Under the pieces are notes generated by a model. The model saw only the letters and a list, made by a program, of their open reading frames with translations. It was not told the DNA's origin and searched no databases. Made by a program: the position numbers and the translations under genes. A stretch of DNA of 64,000 nucleotides. Source: Candidatus Magasanikiibacteriota bacterium (GTDB taxonomy: Bacteria > Patescibacteriota > Patescibacteriia > Magasanikbacterales > UBA922). Where the stretch lies: assembly GCA_042218065.1 (NCBI GenBank), contig JBDGRL010000005.1, forward strand, positions 338 to 64,337, given 5' to 3'. Positions 9,948 to 19,967 of this stretch are shown piece after piece; position 1 is the first letter of the stretch, and each line of letters begins with the position of its first letter.

Positions 9948-11057
9948 ATGTTTAGGAAAATAAGCATATTTTTCTCTATATTTGCCGCAGTTTTGCTTAT
10001 TGGCGCCGGTTGTGCCAAGGTAGACGAGAATGACCAAAAACAAGCTGGAGGCGAACAAGAGGGACAAGTAAAAGTAGGAGTGATGGTGCCGCTTACCGGT
10101 GGTCCCGCTAGCTACGGAAAAAGTGTGAAAAAAGGAATTGAGTTAGCTCATAAACAACTAGATCAGGACATTGAGCTTGTTTTTGAGGACTCCAAGTGTA
10201 AAGGAAAAGCTTCTGCTTCAGCCGCAAAGAAGCTTATTAATGTAGATAAAGTAGATGCGATCATTGGAGAGCTTTGCTCTAGTGCAACGCTGGCAGCTGC
10301 ACCTATAGCTCAGCAAAATAAAGTTCCGATGATCAGCCCCGCTTCCACAGCTCCGGAAGTAACAGACCAAGGAGACTATATATTCAGAGTAATACCGGGT
10401 GACTCCAAGCAAGGCAAATTTGGAGCTAAATTAGTTGCTGAAGATGGTAATGAAAGACTAGCTGTACTGTATGTAAAAGATAATTATGGTACAGGTTTTA
10501 ATGAGGTATTAAAAAAAGAGTTTCCTAAGCAGGGCGGCGAGATTGTAGAATCTGTATCTTTCAAAAAAGGAAGCACAAGCCTACAGACACAACTGACTAA
10601 GATAAAAGCAGCCAACCCAGACTCAATCTTTATAATCAGCAACGCGCCGGACTCTACCGTAGCTGCACTGGAACAAATAGAAGAGCTCGGCATAGAGGCA
10701 GATCTATATGGCTCAGAAGGCCTAAAAGGTGGTGATACTCTAAAGGCGGGAGATGCGACTGAGGGCCTAAAGATCACTGCTGTAAGCGCAGGATCAGAAG
10801 AGTTTGTACAAGCCCACAAAGATGAGTATGATCAGTCCAACCCAGGTCCTTTTTCCGCTCAAGGCTACGACGCTTATCAGGCGATAGCCAAGGCAGTAGA
10901 AAAAGGGGCTATGACAGGCCCTGAGATTAAAGAGAAGTTGTTTACTCTGGATTTCAAAGGTGCTTCCGGTCGTATAAAGTTTGATGAAAACGGGGATGTG
11001 CCCGGCAATTTCAGAGTTTTAAAAATAGAGAATAGAGAGTTCAAGCCCGTAAAATAG
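9948..11057 (+). CDS. livK: Branched-chain amino acid ABC transporter substrate-binding lipoprotein
   Basis: Lipobox-like LIGAGC; VGVMVPLTG, IIGELCSSAT, YIFRVIPGD; first gene of the liv operon. Confidence 0.88.
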   Translation: MFRKISIFFSIFAAVLLIGAGCAKVDENDQKQAGGEQEGQVKVGVMVPLTGGPASYGKSVKKGIELAHKQLDQDIELVFEDSKCKGKASASAAKKLINVDKVDAIIGELCSSATLAAAPIAQQNKVPMISPASTAPEVTDQGDYIFRVIPGDSKQGKFGAKLVAEDGNERLAVLYVKDNYGTGFNEVLKKEFPKQGGEIVESVSFKKGSTSLQTQLTKIKAANPDSIFIISNAPDSTVAALEQIEELGIEADLYGSEGLKGGDTLKAGDATEGLKITAVSAGSEEFVQAHKDEYDQSNPGPFSAQGYDAYQAIAKAVEKGAMTGPEIKEKLFTLDFKGASGRIKFDENGDVPGNFRVLKIENREFKPVK

Positions 11058-11061
11058 TAGC

Positions 11062-11940
11062 ATGGTAATCTCTCAGCTGACTGCAAATGGTCTCATTGCA
11101 GGATCCATTATCTCTTTGGTAGCCGCCAGCTTTTCGCTAATTTACTCTACCAATAAGTTTCCTCACTTTTCTCATGGTGCGGTAGTGGCAGCTGGCGGCT
11201 ACTTGTTTTTCACTTTTGTAAATTTGATGGGTTTGTCTTTGGTCAGCTCAATATTACTGACTCTTATTTTTTCTGGAGTTATTGGCTTGGTTATTTATTT
11301 CGGGCTTTATAGGCAGTTGGAGCTGCAAGGTGCTTCTATGGTTATTTTATTGATTGCTAGCATAGCTTTAATGATATTGATAGAAAATTTACTTCTCTTA
11401 TTTTATGGTGCTGATGTAAAATCAATGGATTTGATTCCTGTAGGTACAGGCATGAATATTTTGGGGGCAAATATTACTCAATTGCAGGTAGGAATACTTA
11501 TAGTTTCTATTTTGTTGTTTGTCGGCTTGTTTTTGTTTGTACGATACAGTAAGTTAGGAAAGTTAATGCGAGCAGTGGCTGATAATCCCGAGTTAGCAAA
11601 AATATCTGGAGTTAATCCTGTGAAATTAAAAGCATATAGTTTTGTGATTGGCTCTTTCTTAGCTGGTGTAGCCGGGATTTTGATAGGATTGGAGCAGAAC
11701 CTAACCCCCACAATGGGTACAAACTTGATTATTAAAGGGTTTACAGGTGCGGTAATAGGAGGAATATCTTCTATACCTGGTGCTGTTTTGGGCAGTTATC
11801 TATTGGGTTTCGCTGAAAATTTCGGTATCTGGTATCTTCCTTCGGGTTATAAATCCGCTATAGCTTTCACCTTACTGCTTATCTTCTTACTATTTAAGCC
11901 AAAAGGTATATTAGGAATTAACAAAGGAGCAAAGAAATAA
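11062..11940 (+). CDS. livH: Branched-chain amino acid ABC permease
   Basis: HFSHG, LGKLMRAVADNPELA..SGVN, GAVIGGI. Confidence 0.9.
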   Translation: MVISQLTANGLIAGSIISLVAASFSLIYSTNKFPHFSHGAVVAAGGYLFFTFVNLMGLSLVSSILLTLIFSGVIGLVIYFGLYRQLELQGASMVILLIASIALMILIENLLLLFYGADVKSMDLIPVGTGMNILGANITQLQVGILIVSILLFVGLFLFVRYSKLGKLMRAVADNPELAKISGVNPVKLKAYSFVIGSFLAGVAGILIGLEQNLTPTMGTNLIIKGFTGAVIGGISSIPGAVLGSYLLGFAENFGIWYLPSGYKSAIAFTLLLIFLLFKPKGILGINKGAKK

Positions 11941-11941
11941 T

Positions 11942-12811
11942 ATGACCTCGGTACTTATTCACATCGCAATTTTAATATGTATTTACGCTATAGTTGCAGT
12001 AAGTTTAAATGTAACTTTGGGATATACCGGGATCATTAATTTGGGGCATATCGCGTTTTTCGGTGTGGGGGCTTATACTTCTGCAATTTTGACTGTTAAG
12101 TACGGCTTTTCTTTTTTGTCAGCTTTCTTATTGGCAGGGGTATTAGCAGGGATATCCGGTTTGGTTTTGCAAAAATTGATAAATAAACTAGAAGGTGATT
12201 ACTTAGCACTAGCCACTTTAGCCTTTGCTTTTATAGTGCATGCAGTATTTGTAAATTACAAGGAGTTGACTAATGGACCATTAGGCATTCCCGGTATACC
12301 GAAGCCAAATCTTTTTGGCTACAAGATAGTGGGTAATTCTATGTATTTACTGTTTGCATTTTTGGTAGCTGCAATATCTATTTATATTATGTATCGTTTA
12401 GTAAACTCTAGATATGGCAAGCTATTGGAGGGAGTTAGAGATGATATGCTGGGCTTGCAGGCTAGAGGAAAGGATGTGTATAAGCTTAGATATCAAAGTA
12501 TGGCGATCTCAGCTTTTTTTGCAGGAATTGCTGGCAGTGTTTTTGCTCATTACCTGAGTTATATTGATCCTACATCTTTCTTTATTGCAGATATTATTTT
12601 AGTTTTAAGTATAGTAATAGTTGGGGGGTTAGCTTCAGTTAGAGGTAGTGTAGTAGCGGCTGTTGTTTTAGTTATTCTTCCTGAAGCCTTGAGATTTGTA
12701 GATCTACCCTCAAGTGTAATTGGCCCAATGCGGCAAATCATTTATGCTCTCGTACTACTGGGGATTTTGTTATATAACCCCAAGGGTTTTTACGGTAAAG
12801 TAGAAATATAG
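11942..12811 (+). CDS. livM: Branched-chain amino acid ABC permease
   Basis: SLN..LGYTG..NLGHIAFFGVGAY, GDYLALATLAF, TNGPLGI. Confidence 0.9.
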   Translation: MTSVLIHIAILICIYAIVAVSLNVTLGYTGIINLGHIAFFGVGAYTSAILTVKYGFSFLSAFLLAGVLAGISGLVLQKLINKLEGDYLALATLAFAFIVHAVFVNYKELTNGPLGIPGIPKPNLFGYKIVGNSMYLLFAFLVAAISIYIMYRLVNSRYGKLLEGVRDDMLGLQARGKDVYKLRYQSMAISAFFAGIAGSVFAHYLSYIDPTSFFIADIILVLSIVIVGGLASVRGSVVAAVVLVILPEALRFVDLPSSVIGPMRQIIYALVLLGILLYNPKGFYGKVEI

Positions 12812-12813
12812 CT

Positions 12814-13542
12814 ATGCTTACTTTAAATGAAGTTACAAAAAAGTTTGGCGGAGTAACAGCAGCGGATGAGGTTAGTTTTGAAGTTCAACCTAACAAAACT
12901 ACTGCTCTGATTGGCCCAAATGGTGCAGGTAAAACTACAGTTTTTAATATAATTGCAGGCTTAATTAAACCGGATAAAGGTACTATTTTATTTGAAGATG
13001 ATAATATACTTGATAAATCAGCTGATGAGAGGGTAAATATGGGTATTAGCAGGACTTTTCAGAAAGTTCGAGTGTTCGAGTACCTTACTATATTAGACCA
13101 TTTTCAAATGACGGAAGATCATGAAGATATGAAGATGTTTAAGAATATCTTCATCAGCTCACATCCCGATAGAGAAAAATATAATCAGACCTTAGATCAG
13201 TTCGGAATTGATGAAGACCTGGATACCAAAGTGAAGGATTTAAGCTATGGACAAAGAAAACTTTTGGAAATGGCGATAGCAGTACAGATGGATCATAAGC
13301 TGTTAATGCTAGATGAACCTGTAGCAGGTGTGAATAAAGTTATTCAAGAGCGGATAGAAGAGCTGTTGTTAGAGTTTAAACAAGACGGAGAGACTATGTT
13401 GGTAATAGATCATGATATGAATTTTGTTCGTAAGCTAGCTGATTATATTGTGGTTCTCGACTCAGGTGAGCTTTTAGTTGAGGGAGAACCTGAAGAAGTA
13501 TTAAATCACCCAAAGGTTTTAGAAGCTTATTTAGGAGAATAA
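12814..13542 (+). CDS. livG: ABC ATPase LivG
   Basis: GPNGAGKTT, RTFQ, LSYGQRK, LDEP, VLEAYLG. Confidence 0.92.
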   Translation: MLTLNEVTKKFGGVTAADEVSFEVQPNKTTALIGPNGAGKTTVFNIIAGLIKPDKGTILFEDDNILDKSADERVNMGISRTFQKVRVFEYLTILDHFQMTEDHEDMKMFKNIFISSHPDREKYNQTLDQFGIDEDLDTKVKDLSYGQRKLLEMAIAVQMDHKLLMLDEPVAGVNKVIQERIEELLLEFKQDGETMLVIDHDMNFVRKLADYIVVLDSGELLVEGEPEEVLNHPKVLEAYLGE

Positions 13543-14264
13543 TGAGTAATATATTATCAATAAAACAATTGAATGCAGGCTATGGTGAGTTTGAAATATT
13601 AGAAGATATAGACTTAGAGTTAGAAAAGAACTCTATCTCTGTTTTGATGGGACCTAATGGAGCTGGTAAGTCTACTTTGCTTAAGTCTATTTTTAATCTC
13701 ACCGATGTTTATTGTGGAGAAATAAAGTTTCAAGGAAAAAGTATTACTGACAGTTCCGCTCATGAGCTCTTGGAACTTGGGGTATCTTTTGTGTCTCAGG
13801 GCAAGGTGAATTTTGATAAGCTAACAGTGGAGGAAAATTTATTTATGGGGGCGCATTTTTTGGAGGATGAAGAAAAAATTGAAGCTAGAAAGAAAGAGAT
13901 TTATGAACATTTTCCTATCTTAGAGGAGAAGAAAAATGAATATGCTTACAGTCTCTCTGGTGGGCAACAACAGATGTTGGCGATAGGGAGAGGGCTGATG
14001 AGCCATCCGAAACTACTACTTTTGGATGAGCCGACTTTGGGTTTAGCCCCCAAATTGGTACAAGAGGTTTTTGATCATATACAAAAAGTACGGGAAGAGT
14101 TTGATACTACTATTTTAGTAGTAGAGCACAATTTAAAGAGCTTGTTGGGTATAGCTGATTATGGATTTATTTTGGTTGATGGGGAGATGATTACTGAAGG
14201 TGAGTGTAGTGAGTTGAAGGATAGCGAGGTGATGGAGAAGGTCTTTGTAGGAGAGTTTGATTAA
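13542..14264 (+). CDS. livF: ABC ATPase LivF
   Basis: GPNGAGKST, LSGGQQQMLAIGR, LDEPTLGLAP. Confidence 0.92.
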   Translation: MSNILSIKQLNAGYGEFEILEDIDLELEKNSISVLMGPNGAGKSTLLKSIFNLTDVYCGEIKFQGKSITDSSAHELLELGVSFVSQGKVNFDKLTVEENLFMGAHFLEDEEKIEARKKEIYEHFPILEEKKNEYAYSLSGGQQQMLAIGRGLMSHPKLLLLDEPTLGLAPKLVQEVFDHIQKVREEFDTTILVVEHNLKSLLGIADYGFILVDGEMITEGECSELKDSEVMEKVFVGEFD

Positions 14265-14299
14265 AAAAGACCAAGTGTGGGTCAGATTCACACTTGGTC
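14263..14299 (-). terminator. Intrinsic terminator of ECF sigma gene
   Basis: GACCAAGTGTG/CACACTTGGTC 11-bp stem with a T6 tail on the minus strand. Confidence 0.75.
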
Positions 14300-14332
14300 C
14301 ACCCCCCTTGTATTCCTCATTATCTTTTCATC

Positions 14333-14986
14333 TCATCTGTCTCGCTTTTTCTTTCGTGTCCTATTGGTTTCATCTTTTTCAAATGGTTCAGTGTCCTTGA
14401 TAATTCCTCTCTCATAAGCAGTTTCTGCCAGTTTTTGTCGTACCATTTTACGACCGCGGAAAATCCTGCTCATGACCGTTCCCATCGGACAATCGAGGAT
14501 GTATGCAATTTCTTTGTAGGAAAAATCATTCAGATCTGCGAGTAGCACCGCTTGTCGAAATTTTACAGGTAGTGACTTTAGTGAAGCCTTCATTTCTTCG
14601 CTGAAAGTCTTATCCAATACACCTTTTTCTGGACTACGGTGGTGAAAAGAATTTTCTCGGTCGAAGAAGTTTTTCTCGATCGATACATCTTCAGAAGTAA
14701 CCTCTCTTTCTCGTTTCTGTTTGCGGTGTTGGTTAATGAAAGTATTGCGCAGAATGGTGAACAACCATGCTTGGCAATTCGTTCCAATTTCGAATCGATC
14801 CCAGTTGTCGTAAGCCTTCACCAGAGTTTCTTGTACTAAATCTTCGGCACTCTTTTCATCTTTTGTGTATTGAATAGCCTTTGCATAAAGATCGTTCATG
14901 TGTGGTATAGCCTCTTCCGTGAAAGCACTGATCTTTGGATCATCGTCTGCAGCACCTTCATCTACTTTTGATCGAATCATATCCAT
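14333..14986 (-). CDS. ECF sigma-70 factor (SigH/SigR-like)
   Basis: AEDLVQET..KAY..WDRF..GTN..AWLFTILRNTFIN (region 2); FSYKEIAYILDCPMGTVMSRIFRGR (region 4). Confidence 0.92.
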   Translation of the reverse strand: MDMIRSKVDEGAADDDPKISAFTEEAIPHMNDLYAKAIQYTKDEKSAEDLVQETLVKAYDNWDRFEIGTNCQAWLFTILRNTFINQHRKQKREREVTSEDVSIEKNFFDRENSFHHRSPEKGVLDKTFSEEMKASLKSLPVKFRQAVLLADLNDFSYKEIAYILDCPMGTVMSRIFRGRKMVRQKLAETAYERGIIKDTEPFEKDETNRTRKKKRDR

Positions 14987-14992
14987 TTGGGT

Positions 14993-15067
14993 CCCTCCTG
15001 CTTTTGATTAGAGAACAGAGCGAACTAGCTTATTACCTAAATTAAGAAAAAATATTGTACTTGTCAA
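14993..15067 (-). promoter_or_regulatory. Promoter, boxA-like motif and SD of ECF sigma gene
   Basis: TTGACA-N17-TAATTT (15067-15039), TGTTCTCTAA (15017-15008), AGGAGGG (14999-14993). Confidence 0.6.
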
Positions 15068-15158
15068 ATTTATAATTTCTGGATTTTCTTGATAGGATTA
15101 GTGGCGTATGTTTTTATTATAATTACCTTGAAGTTATAAGAATTTTAAAAAATTAGAA

Positions 15159-15518
15159 ATGCCACACATCGAATCTTATTCCTTTGGAGATATAAAAGTT
15201 GACGGACAAGAATACACTGATGATGTGATAATATCCTCTGATGAAGGTGTGATTGAGGATTATTGGTGGAGAGATGAGGGGCATCAGCTTCAGAACCAGG
15301 ATCTGGATCAGGTTTATAAGAGAAATCCTGATATTTTTTTAATGGGGATTGGTTATAATGGTAGGGTGGAGATACAAGACGAAGTAGAGAAGAAGATGCG
15401 ACAGGAAAATATAGAATTTAAGTATGAAAAAAGTACTCAGGCTGTAGATCTGTACAATAATCTTATACAAAGTAAACTAGATAAAGATATAATAGGAGGT
15501 TTTCACTTAACTTGCTGA
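15159..15518 (+). CDS. Mth938-like (DUF498/DUF598) protein
   Basis: IESYSFGDIKVDGQEY..DVII, WWR..GH, C-terminal FHLTC. Confidence 0.88.
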   Translation: MPHIESYSFGDIKVDGQEYTDDVIISSDEGVIEDYWWRDEGHQLQNQDLDQVYKRNPDIFLMGIGYNGRVEIQDEVEKKMRQENIEFKYEKSTQAVDLYNNLIQSKLDKDIIGGFHLTC

Positions 15519-15542
15519 TTTTAATCTAAATTTAAAACAAAA

Positions 15543-16376
15543 ATGCCGGAGCTGCCAGAAGTAGAGACAATACGTCGAGACTTAGAAGATAAAATTCTGA
15601 ATAAGAGGATAGATTCAGTTGAGATCAGAAAGGATAGTGCCATAAAAAAAGATAAAGAGCGATTTAAGAGTCATATTAAAGAGGACAGTTTCTCTGGTGT
15701 TGATAGACAAGGAAAACTATTGAACTTTAAGCTCAATAATTCCGAGTATGAAATTTTATCCCACTTGCGAATGACAGGAAAGTTGATATTTGATCCAAGT
15801 GGAGAAGAGGTGCTGGATTTTCCCGGCAAACATACAGGAGTTATTTTTAATTTTGAGGATAATTCAGAGCTTTATTTTGATGATGTTCGCACTTTTGGTT
15901 ACATGCAATTATTAAAACCTAAAAAGAAAAAAGAAATATTAGCGGAAAAATTAGGCATAGAACCGTTGACTGAGGGTTTCACTTTAGAGAACTTTAAAGA
16001 GGTTTTAAAAAGTAGAAGGACTAATGTTAAAAACATTTTAATGAAACAAAAAGCTATTGCTGGAATTGGTAATATTTATGCTGATGAGATTTGTCATGAA
16101 AGTGGTGTTAGACCAGACAGAAATATTCCAGAATTAAGTGAAAATGAGATAAAAAATATTTTTAACAAAAGTGAGCAGGTAATAAAACAGGCAATTCATG
16201 ATAGAGGTACAACTTTTAGAGATTATGTAGATTCTTCCGGTAAAAAAGGAAATTTTGCAAGAAAGCTGAAAGTTTATGGTAGAGAAGGAGAGCAATGCAA
16301 AGATTGCAATGAGGTAATTAAAAAGATAAAATTAAATGGAAGAGGTACTCATTTTTGTATTAATTGTCAAAAATAA
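15543..16376 (+). CDS. mutM: Formamidopyrimidine-DNA glycosylase
   Basis: N-terminal PELPEVET, HLRMTG, AGIGNIYADE, C-terminal zinc finger. Confidence 0.97.
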   Translation: MPELPEVETIRRDLEDKILNKRIDSVEIRKDSAIKKDKERFKSHIKEDSFSGVDRQGKLLNFKLNNSEYEILSHLRMTGKLIFDPSGEEVLDFPGKHTGVIFNFEDNSELYFDDVRTFGYMQLLKPKKKKEILAEKLGIEPLTEGFTLENFKEVLKSRRTNVKNILMKQKAIAGIGNIYADEICHESGVRPDRNIPELSENEIKNIFNKSEQVIKQAIHDRGTTFRDYVDSSGKKGNFARKLKVYGREGEQCKDCNEVIKKIKLNGRGTHFCINCQK

Positions 16377-16378
16377 CC

Positions 16379-17449
16379 ATGCCATTGAGTTTTTTGTCAC
16401 ACTATAGCCTTTTGGGTAACACGGCTTATGAGTATTTAATTGCCGGGTTGATATTTTTAGCTTCTTTAATAGTTTTGAAGGTATTTGAGAAAATTGTAGC
16501 GAATAGACTGAAAAAGATATCCAAGGACACGGATAATAATTTCGATGATGTTATAACCTCGGTTATAGGAAATGTCGGGTCTTTATTTTACTTAGTAGTA
16601 TCCTTTTTTGTAGCTTTTCAGTGGATTACAGCCACTAGTTTTATAGAAAAAATAGTTGAGGTAGTTTTTGCTGTGGTAGTAGCACGGGAGGCTATCAATG
16701 CCGTCAGTAGATTAGTGAATTTCTTGGCAGAAAAATATTTACAGTATGCAGATCAGGATGTAGAGAAGGAGCATGCAACTATAATGGTGGGTATGATTCG
16801 TAAAACCTTGGTGGTGGTGCTTTGGCTTATAGTTGGCACCTTTATTCTTTCTAATTTTGGTATAAATATTACGTCTTTGGTTACAGGCTTGGGTATCGGT
16901 GGTATAGCTATAGGAATAGCTTTGCAAAATGTTCTTGCAGATATTTTCTCCTCGGTTTCCATCTTTTTGGACAAGCCTTTTGTTGTGGGGGATTTCATAC
17001 AAGTGGGGGAGAATATGGGTACGGTAGAAAAGATAGGTATAAAGTCAACACGTATAGAAACTTTGCGAGGTGAACAATTGATTATACCGAACACTGAGTT
17101 GACCTCCAGCCGAATTCAAAACTATAGCAAAACAGAGAAGATACGAGACCAAATAACTGTGGGAGTTTCTTATGATACTAGCCAAGAAACTTTGAGAGAA
17201 ATTCCTCAAAAAATTCAAAATATTATTGAAGGCATGGATGAGGTGACTTTTGATAGATGTAGACTTAATAGCTATGGCGACTCCTCGATAAATTTCAAAG
17301 TAGTATATTTTGTAAACTCTATTAGTTTTGCTGATTTAGATCGAAAGAAAGAAGAGCTGAATTATGCCATTTATGATATGTTTGATAAAGAGGGTGTTGA
17401 GTTTCCTTTCCCTACTAGGACTGTACATTTGAAAAAAGAGTCTGAATAG
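16379..17449 (+). CDS. mscS: Small-conductance mechanosensitive channel
   Basis: GLGIGGIAIGIALQ..LAD, DKPFVVGDFI, GTVEKIGIKSTRI, FPFPTRTV. Confidence 0.92.
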   Translation: MPLSFLSHYSLLGNTAYEYLIAGLIFLASLIVLKVFEKIVANRLKKISKDTDNNFDDVITSVIGNVGSLFYLVVSFFVAFQWITATSFIEKIVEVVFAVVVAREAINAVSRLVNFLAEKYLQYADQDVEKEHATIMVGMIRKTLVVVLWLIVGTFILSNFGINITSLVTGLGIGGIAIGIALQNVLADIFSSVSIFLDKPFVVGDFIQVGENMGTVEKIGIKSTRIETLRGEQLIIPNTELTSSRIQNYSKTEKIRDQITVGVSYDTSQETLREIPQKIQNIIEGMDEVTFDRCRLNSYGDSSINFKVVYFVNSISFADLDRKKEELNYAIYDMFDKEGVEFPFPTRTVHLKKESE

Positions 17450-17471
17450 TATATAATAAGGTTCGATTTAA

Positions 17472-17543
17472 GCCGCTTTAGCTCAGTGGTAGAGCGCATC
17501 CATGGTAAGGATGAGGTCACGGGTTCGATTCCCGTAAGCGGCT
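17472..17543 (+). tRNA. tRNA-Thr(GGT)
   Basis: GCCGCTT/AAGCGGC acceptor, CATCC-ATGGTAA-GGATG, GGTTCGATTCC. Confidence 0.96.
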
Positions 17544-17568
17544 CTTTTTCTTTTTTGCAAAATGCAAT

Positions 17569-18747
17569 ATGAGTAAAAAACTAGATTTTCCGCAAAATTT
17601 TCTATGGGGTTCTGCAACTTCTGCGTATCAAGTAGAAGGCGGTATTGAAAATGCAGATTGGTCTAAGTTTAAATCTGCTGGAAAAGCTTGTGACCATTAC
17701 AATAAGTTTAAAGAAGATTTTGATATTGCAGCAGATAAGCTAAATCAAAATGCACATCGCTTATCTGTTAAATGGTCTAGAGTAGAACCTGAAAAAAATA
17801 ATTTTAATCAAGAAGCTATAGACCACTATCGGGAAGTTTTAGGGTATCTGAAGGAAAAGGATATGAAAACTATGGTTACTTTACATCACTTCACGAATCC
17901 TGTGTGGTTAGCTGAATCTGGAGGATGGGAATTGGATGAAGCCCCCTTTTATTTTGCTCGTCTTTCTAAGAGAGTTGTTAGAGAATTAAACCCATTAGTG
18001 GATTTTTGGTGTACCATAAATGAGCCTACTTTATATGCTAATTTATCTTATCGTACAGGGGAATGGCCACCTCAAAAAGAAAGTAATATCTCTTTTCTAA
18101 AAGTTCTTAAAAACCAGATACAAGCCCACAAACAAACTTTTGAAGAAATACACGAAATTGATAAAGAAGCAAAAGTTGGAATAGTAAAAAACAATCAGTA
18201 CTATACACCATTTTCTAACTCTTTACTTGATCAGCTTACAGTAGGGGTAAACTCCTATTTAAGAAATAATCTATTTTTGGATCTTATTAGAAACAAACTA
18301 GATTTTATTGGTTTGAATTATTATTTTCATAATAGGATTCAGTTTCCCTATAAACTTAAAAATAAAAATGAGGTCACTTCTGATTTAGGATGGGAGGTTT
18401 ATCCGGAAGGTATTTACTATGCCCTAAAAAACCTTAAGAAATATGAGCTACCTATTTATATAACTGAAAATGGGCTAGCCGATAAAGAGGATGAGCTTAG
18501 AAAACAGTTTATTAAAAAACACTTGTATTGGGTTCATAAGGCTATTTCAGAGGGGGTAGATATAAGAGGGTATTTTCATTGGTCATTGTTAGATAATTTC
18601 GAGTGGGCTGAAGGGTTTGAACCTAGGTTTGGCTTAGTTGAAGTAGATTATGAAAACCAGGAACGGGTAATTAGAGATTCTGCTGAATATTATGCTGATG
18701 TAGCGGATAGCAATAGTTTACATATCCCTGGCAATTGGTCTAATTAG
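17569..18747 (+). CDS. Glycoside hydrolase family 1 (beta-glucosidase)
   Basis: FLWGSATSAYQVEG, catalytic TINEP and ITENG, WSLLDNFEW. Confidence 0.95.
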   Translation: MSKKLDFPQNFLWGSATSAYQVEGGIENADWSKFKSAGKACDHYNKFKEDFDIAADKLNQNAHRLSVKWSRVEPEKNNFNQEAIDHYREVLGYLKEKDMKTMVTLHHFTNPVWLAESGGWELDEAPFYFARLSKRVVRELNPLVDFWCTINEPTLYANLSYRTGEWPPQKESNISFLKVLKNQIQAHKQTFEEIHEIDKEAKVGIVKNNQYYTPFSNSLLDQLTVGVNSYLRNNLFLDLIRNKLDFIGLNYYFHNRIQFPYKLKNKNEVTSDLGWEVYPEGIYYALKNLKKYELPIYITENGLADKEDELRKQFIKKHLYWVHKAISEGVDIRGYFHWSLLDNFEWAEGFEPRFGLVEVDYENQERVIRDSAEYYADVADSNSLHIPGNWSN

Positions 18748-18852
18748 TTAATTTATTTAAAAATTAAAAAATTAGTTTTGGTGTAGGCGATAAATTCCAG
18801 TAAAGTGAGCCGTATTTTTTATAGTTTTCCTAAACTAATCAAGTTTTATATA

Positions 18853-19310
18853 ATGGCTAAACTTGACAATTTTTAACCATAAGTAAAGCCACTATCAAAA
18901 TCAGTATTCAACAACTTATTCGGAAAAATTATCGAGAAATTCCTTTTAAAAAAGAAAATGCCTTAGATTATTTTGAGTCTTATTTTGCAGATCAAGCTTC
19001 TGCTATTATTGGCATTGAGGGGGCGAGTGCGAGTGGTAAGACTACATTTACTCAACAATTACAGAATATTTTACCTGATAAAACCTCAGTTGAGCTACCG
19101 CTTGACGACTACTTGGATATGACCCAAAAAGAAATGGAAGAGAGGGGTATTAAAACCAGATATGACTGGCGAACTAGAAATAGGGAGAAATTCTTGTCAG
19201 ATGTTAAGTCATTATGTTCAGGTCACTCAATACAAAAACCCAAGCAGGATTTTGACTTAGAACAACCTTCAGGCAAAACAGAAAAAGTTGAACCAAAATC
19301 TTTATTATAA
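18853..19310 (+). pseudogene. Uridine kinase/PRK-family P-loop kinase pseudogene
   Basis: Frame of ORF 19113 extends upstream to give IIGIEGASASGKTTF...PLDDY. ATG 18853 is out of frame by one base in a T5 run. The protein stops at EPKSLL, before the expected Walker B region. Confidence 0.7.
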
Positions 19311-19429
19311 ATGTGATTAATTTTCTGGTTATAAAAGTTCTTTCTAGGTTGGTTTATAATGTTTCTTTTGTTATAAAATAATTGCTCTTTTCGTTTCACA
19401 CACTCGACTCCAAGCACAGGAGGGTGAGA

Positions 19430-19945
19430 ATGTCTCTACTACTGAGAGAAGGAGAGAAAGAAGAAATTATGAGTACCCTCAGTGAAGTTGAGAATAATCT
19501 GCTTCAATTATTGAATAGTTATGAAAGGTGGGAGGCTATAAAATTAAATCCACCTTGGTATGAGATAATAAGAGTTTACACTGAATGGAAAGATGATTGG
19601 TTGGTTTGTCTAAATAAGCCAATCGATGTTGGTATTTTAAGTTTGCCTGGAGTTGCTGGGTATACCAATCCAGGTGTTGCAATGGTAGTTTGTTCAGGAA
19701 CATACAGAAAGACAGTTGGATTTGGCCGAGAAACTAGCACTACTAATCTTGGAAGAGTTATTATATCTAATAATCCTGGGTTTTGGAAGCGAATAACTCC
19801 GGCTACTGGAGATTGTGTTTCACTTACTTTGAAACGCAAAGGTGTAGATCATATATTTGCAAACCAAAAAGAAGATGTGTCTAAGCAAAAAAAGTTAGAG
19901 CTGATTGAGTTCTTTAGGTTAAAAGCTTTACAACTGCAAGACTAA
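19430..19945 (+). CDS. Orphan hypothetical protein (SD-led cassette)
   Basis: AGGAGGG 5 nt before in-frame ATG 19430; own terminator; no recognisable family. Confidence 0.6.
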   Translation: MSLLLREGEKEEIMSTLSEVENNLLQLLNSYERWEAIKLNPPWYEIIRVYTEWKDDWLVCLNKPIDVGILSLPGVAGYTNPGVAMVVCSGTYRKTVGFGRETSTTNLGRVIISNNPGFWKRITPATGDCVSLTLKRKGVDHIFANQKEDVSKQKKLELIEFFRLKALQLQD

Positions 19946-19967
19946 ATAAGAGGGGAGGGATTCATAA

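Noticed and set aside
17500-17510. A at position 32 of tRNA-Thr(GGT)
   Set aside because: Known in this isoacceptor in other bacteria; not unusual.
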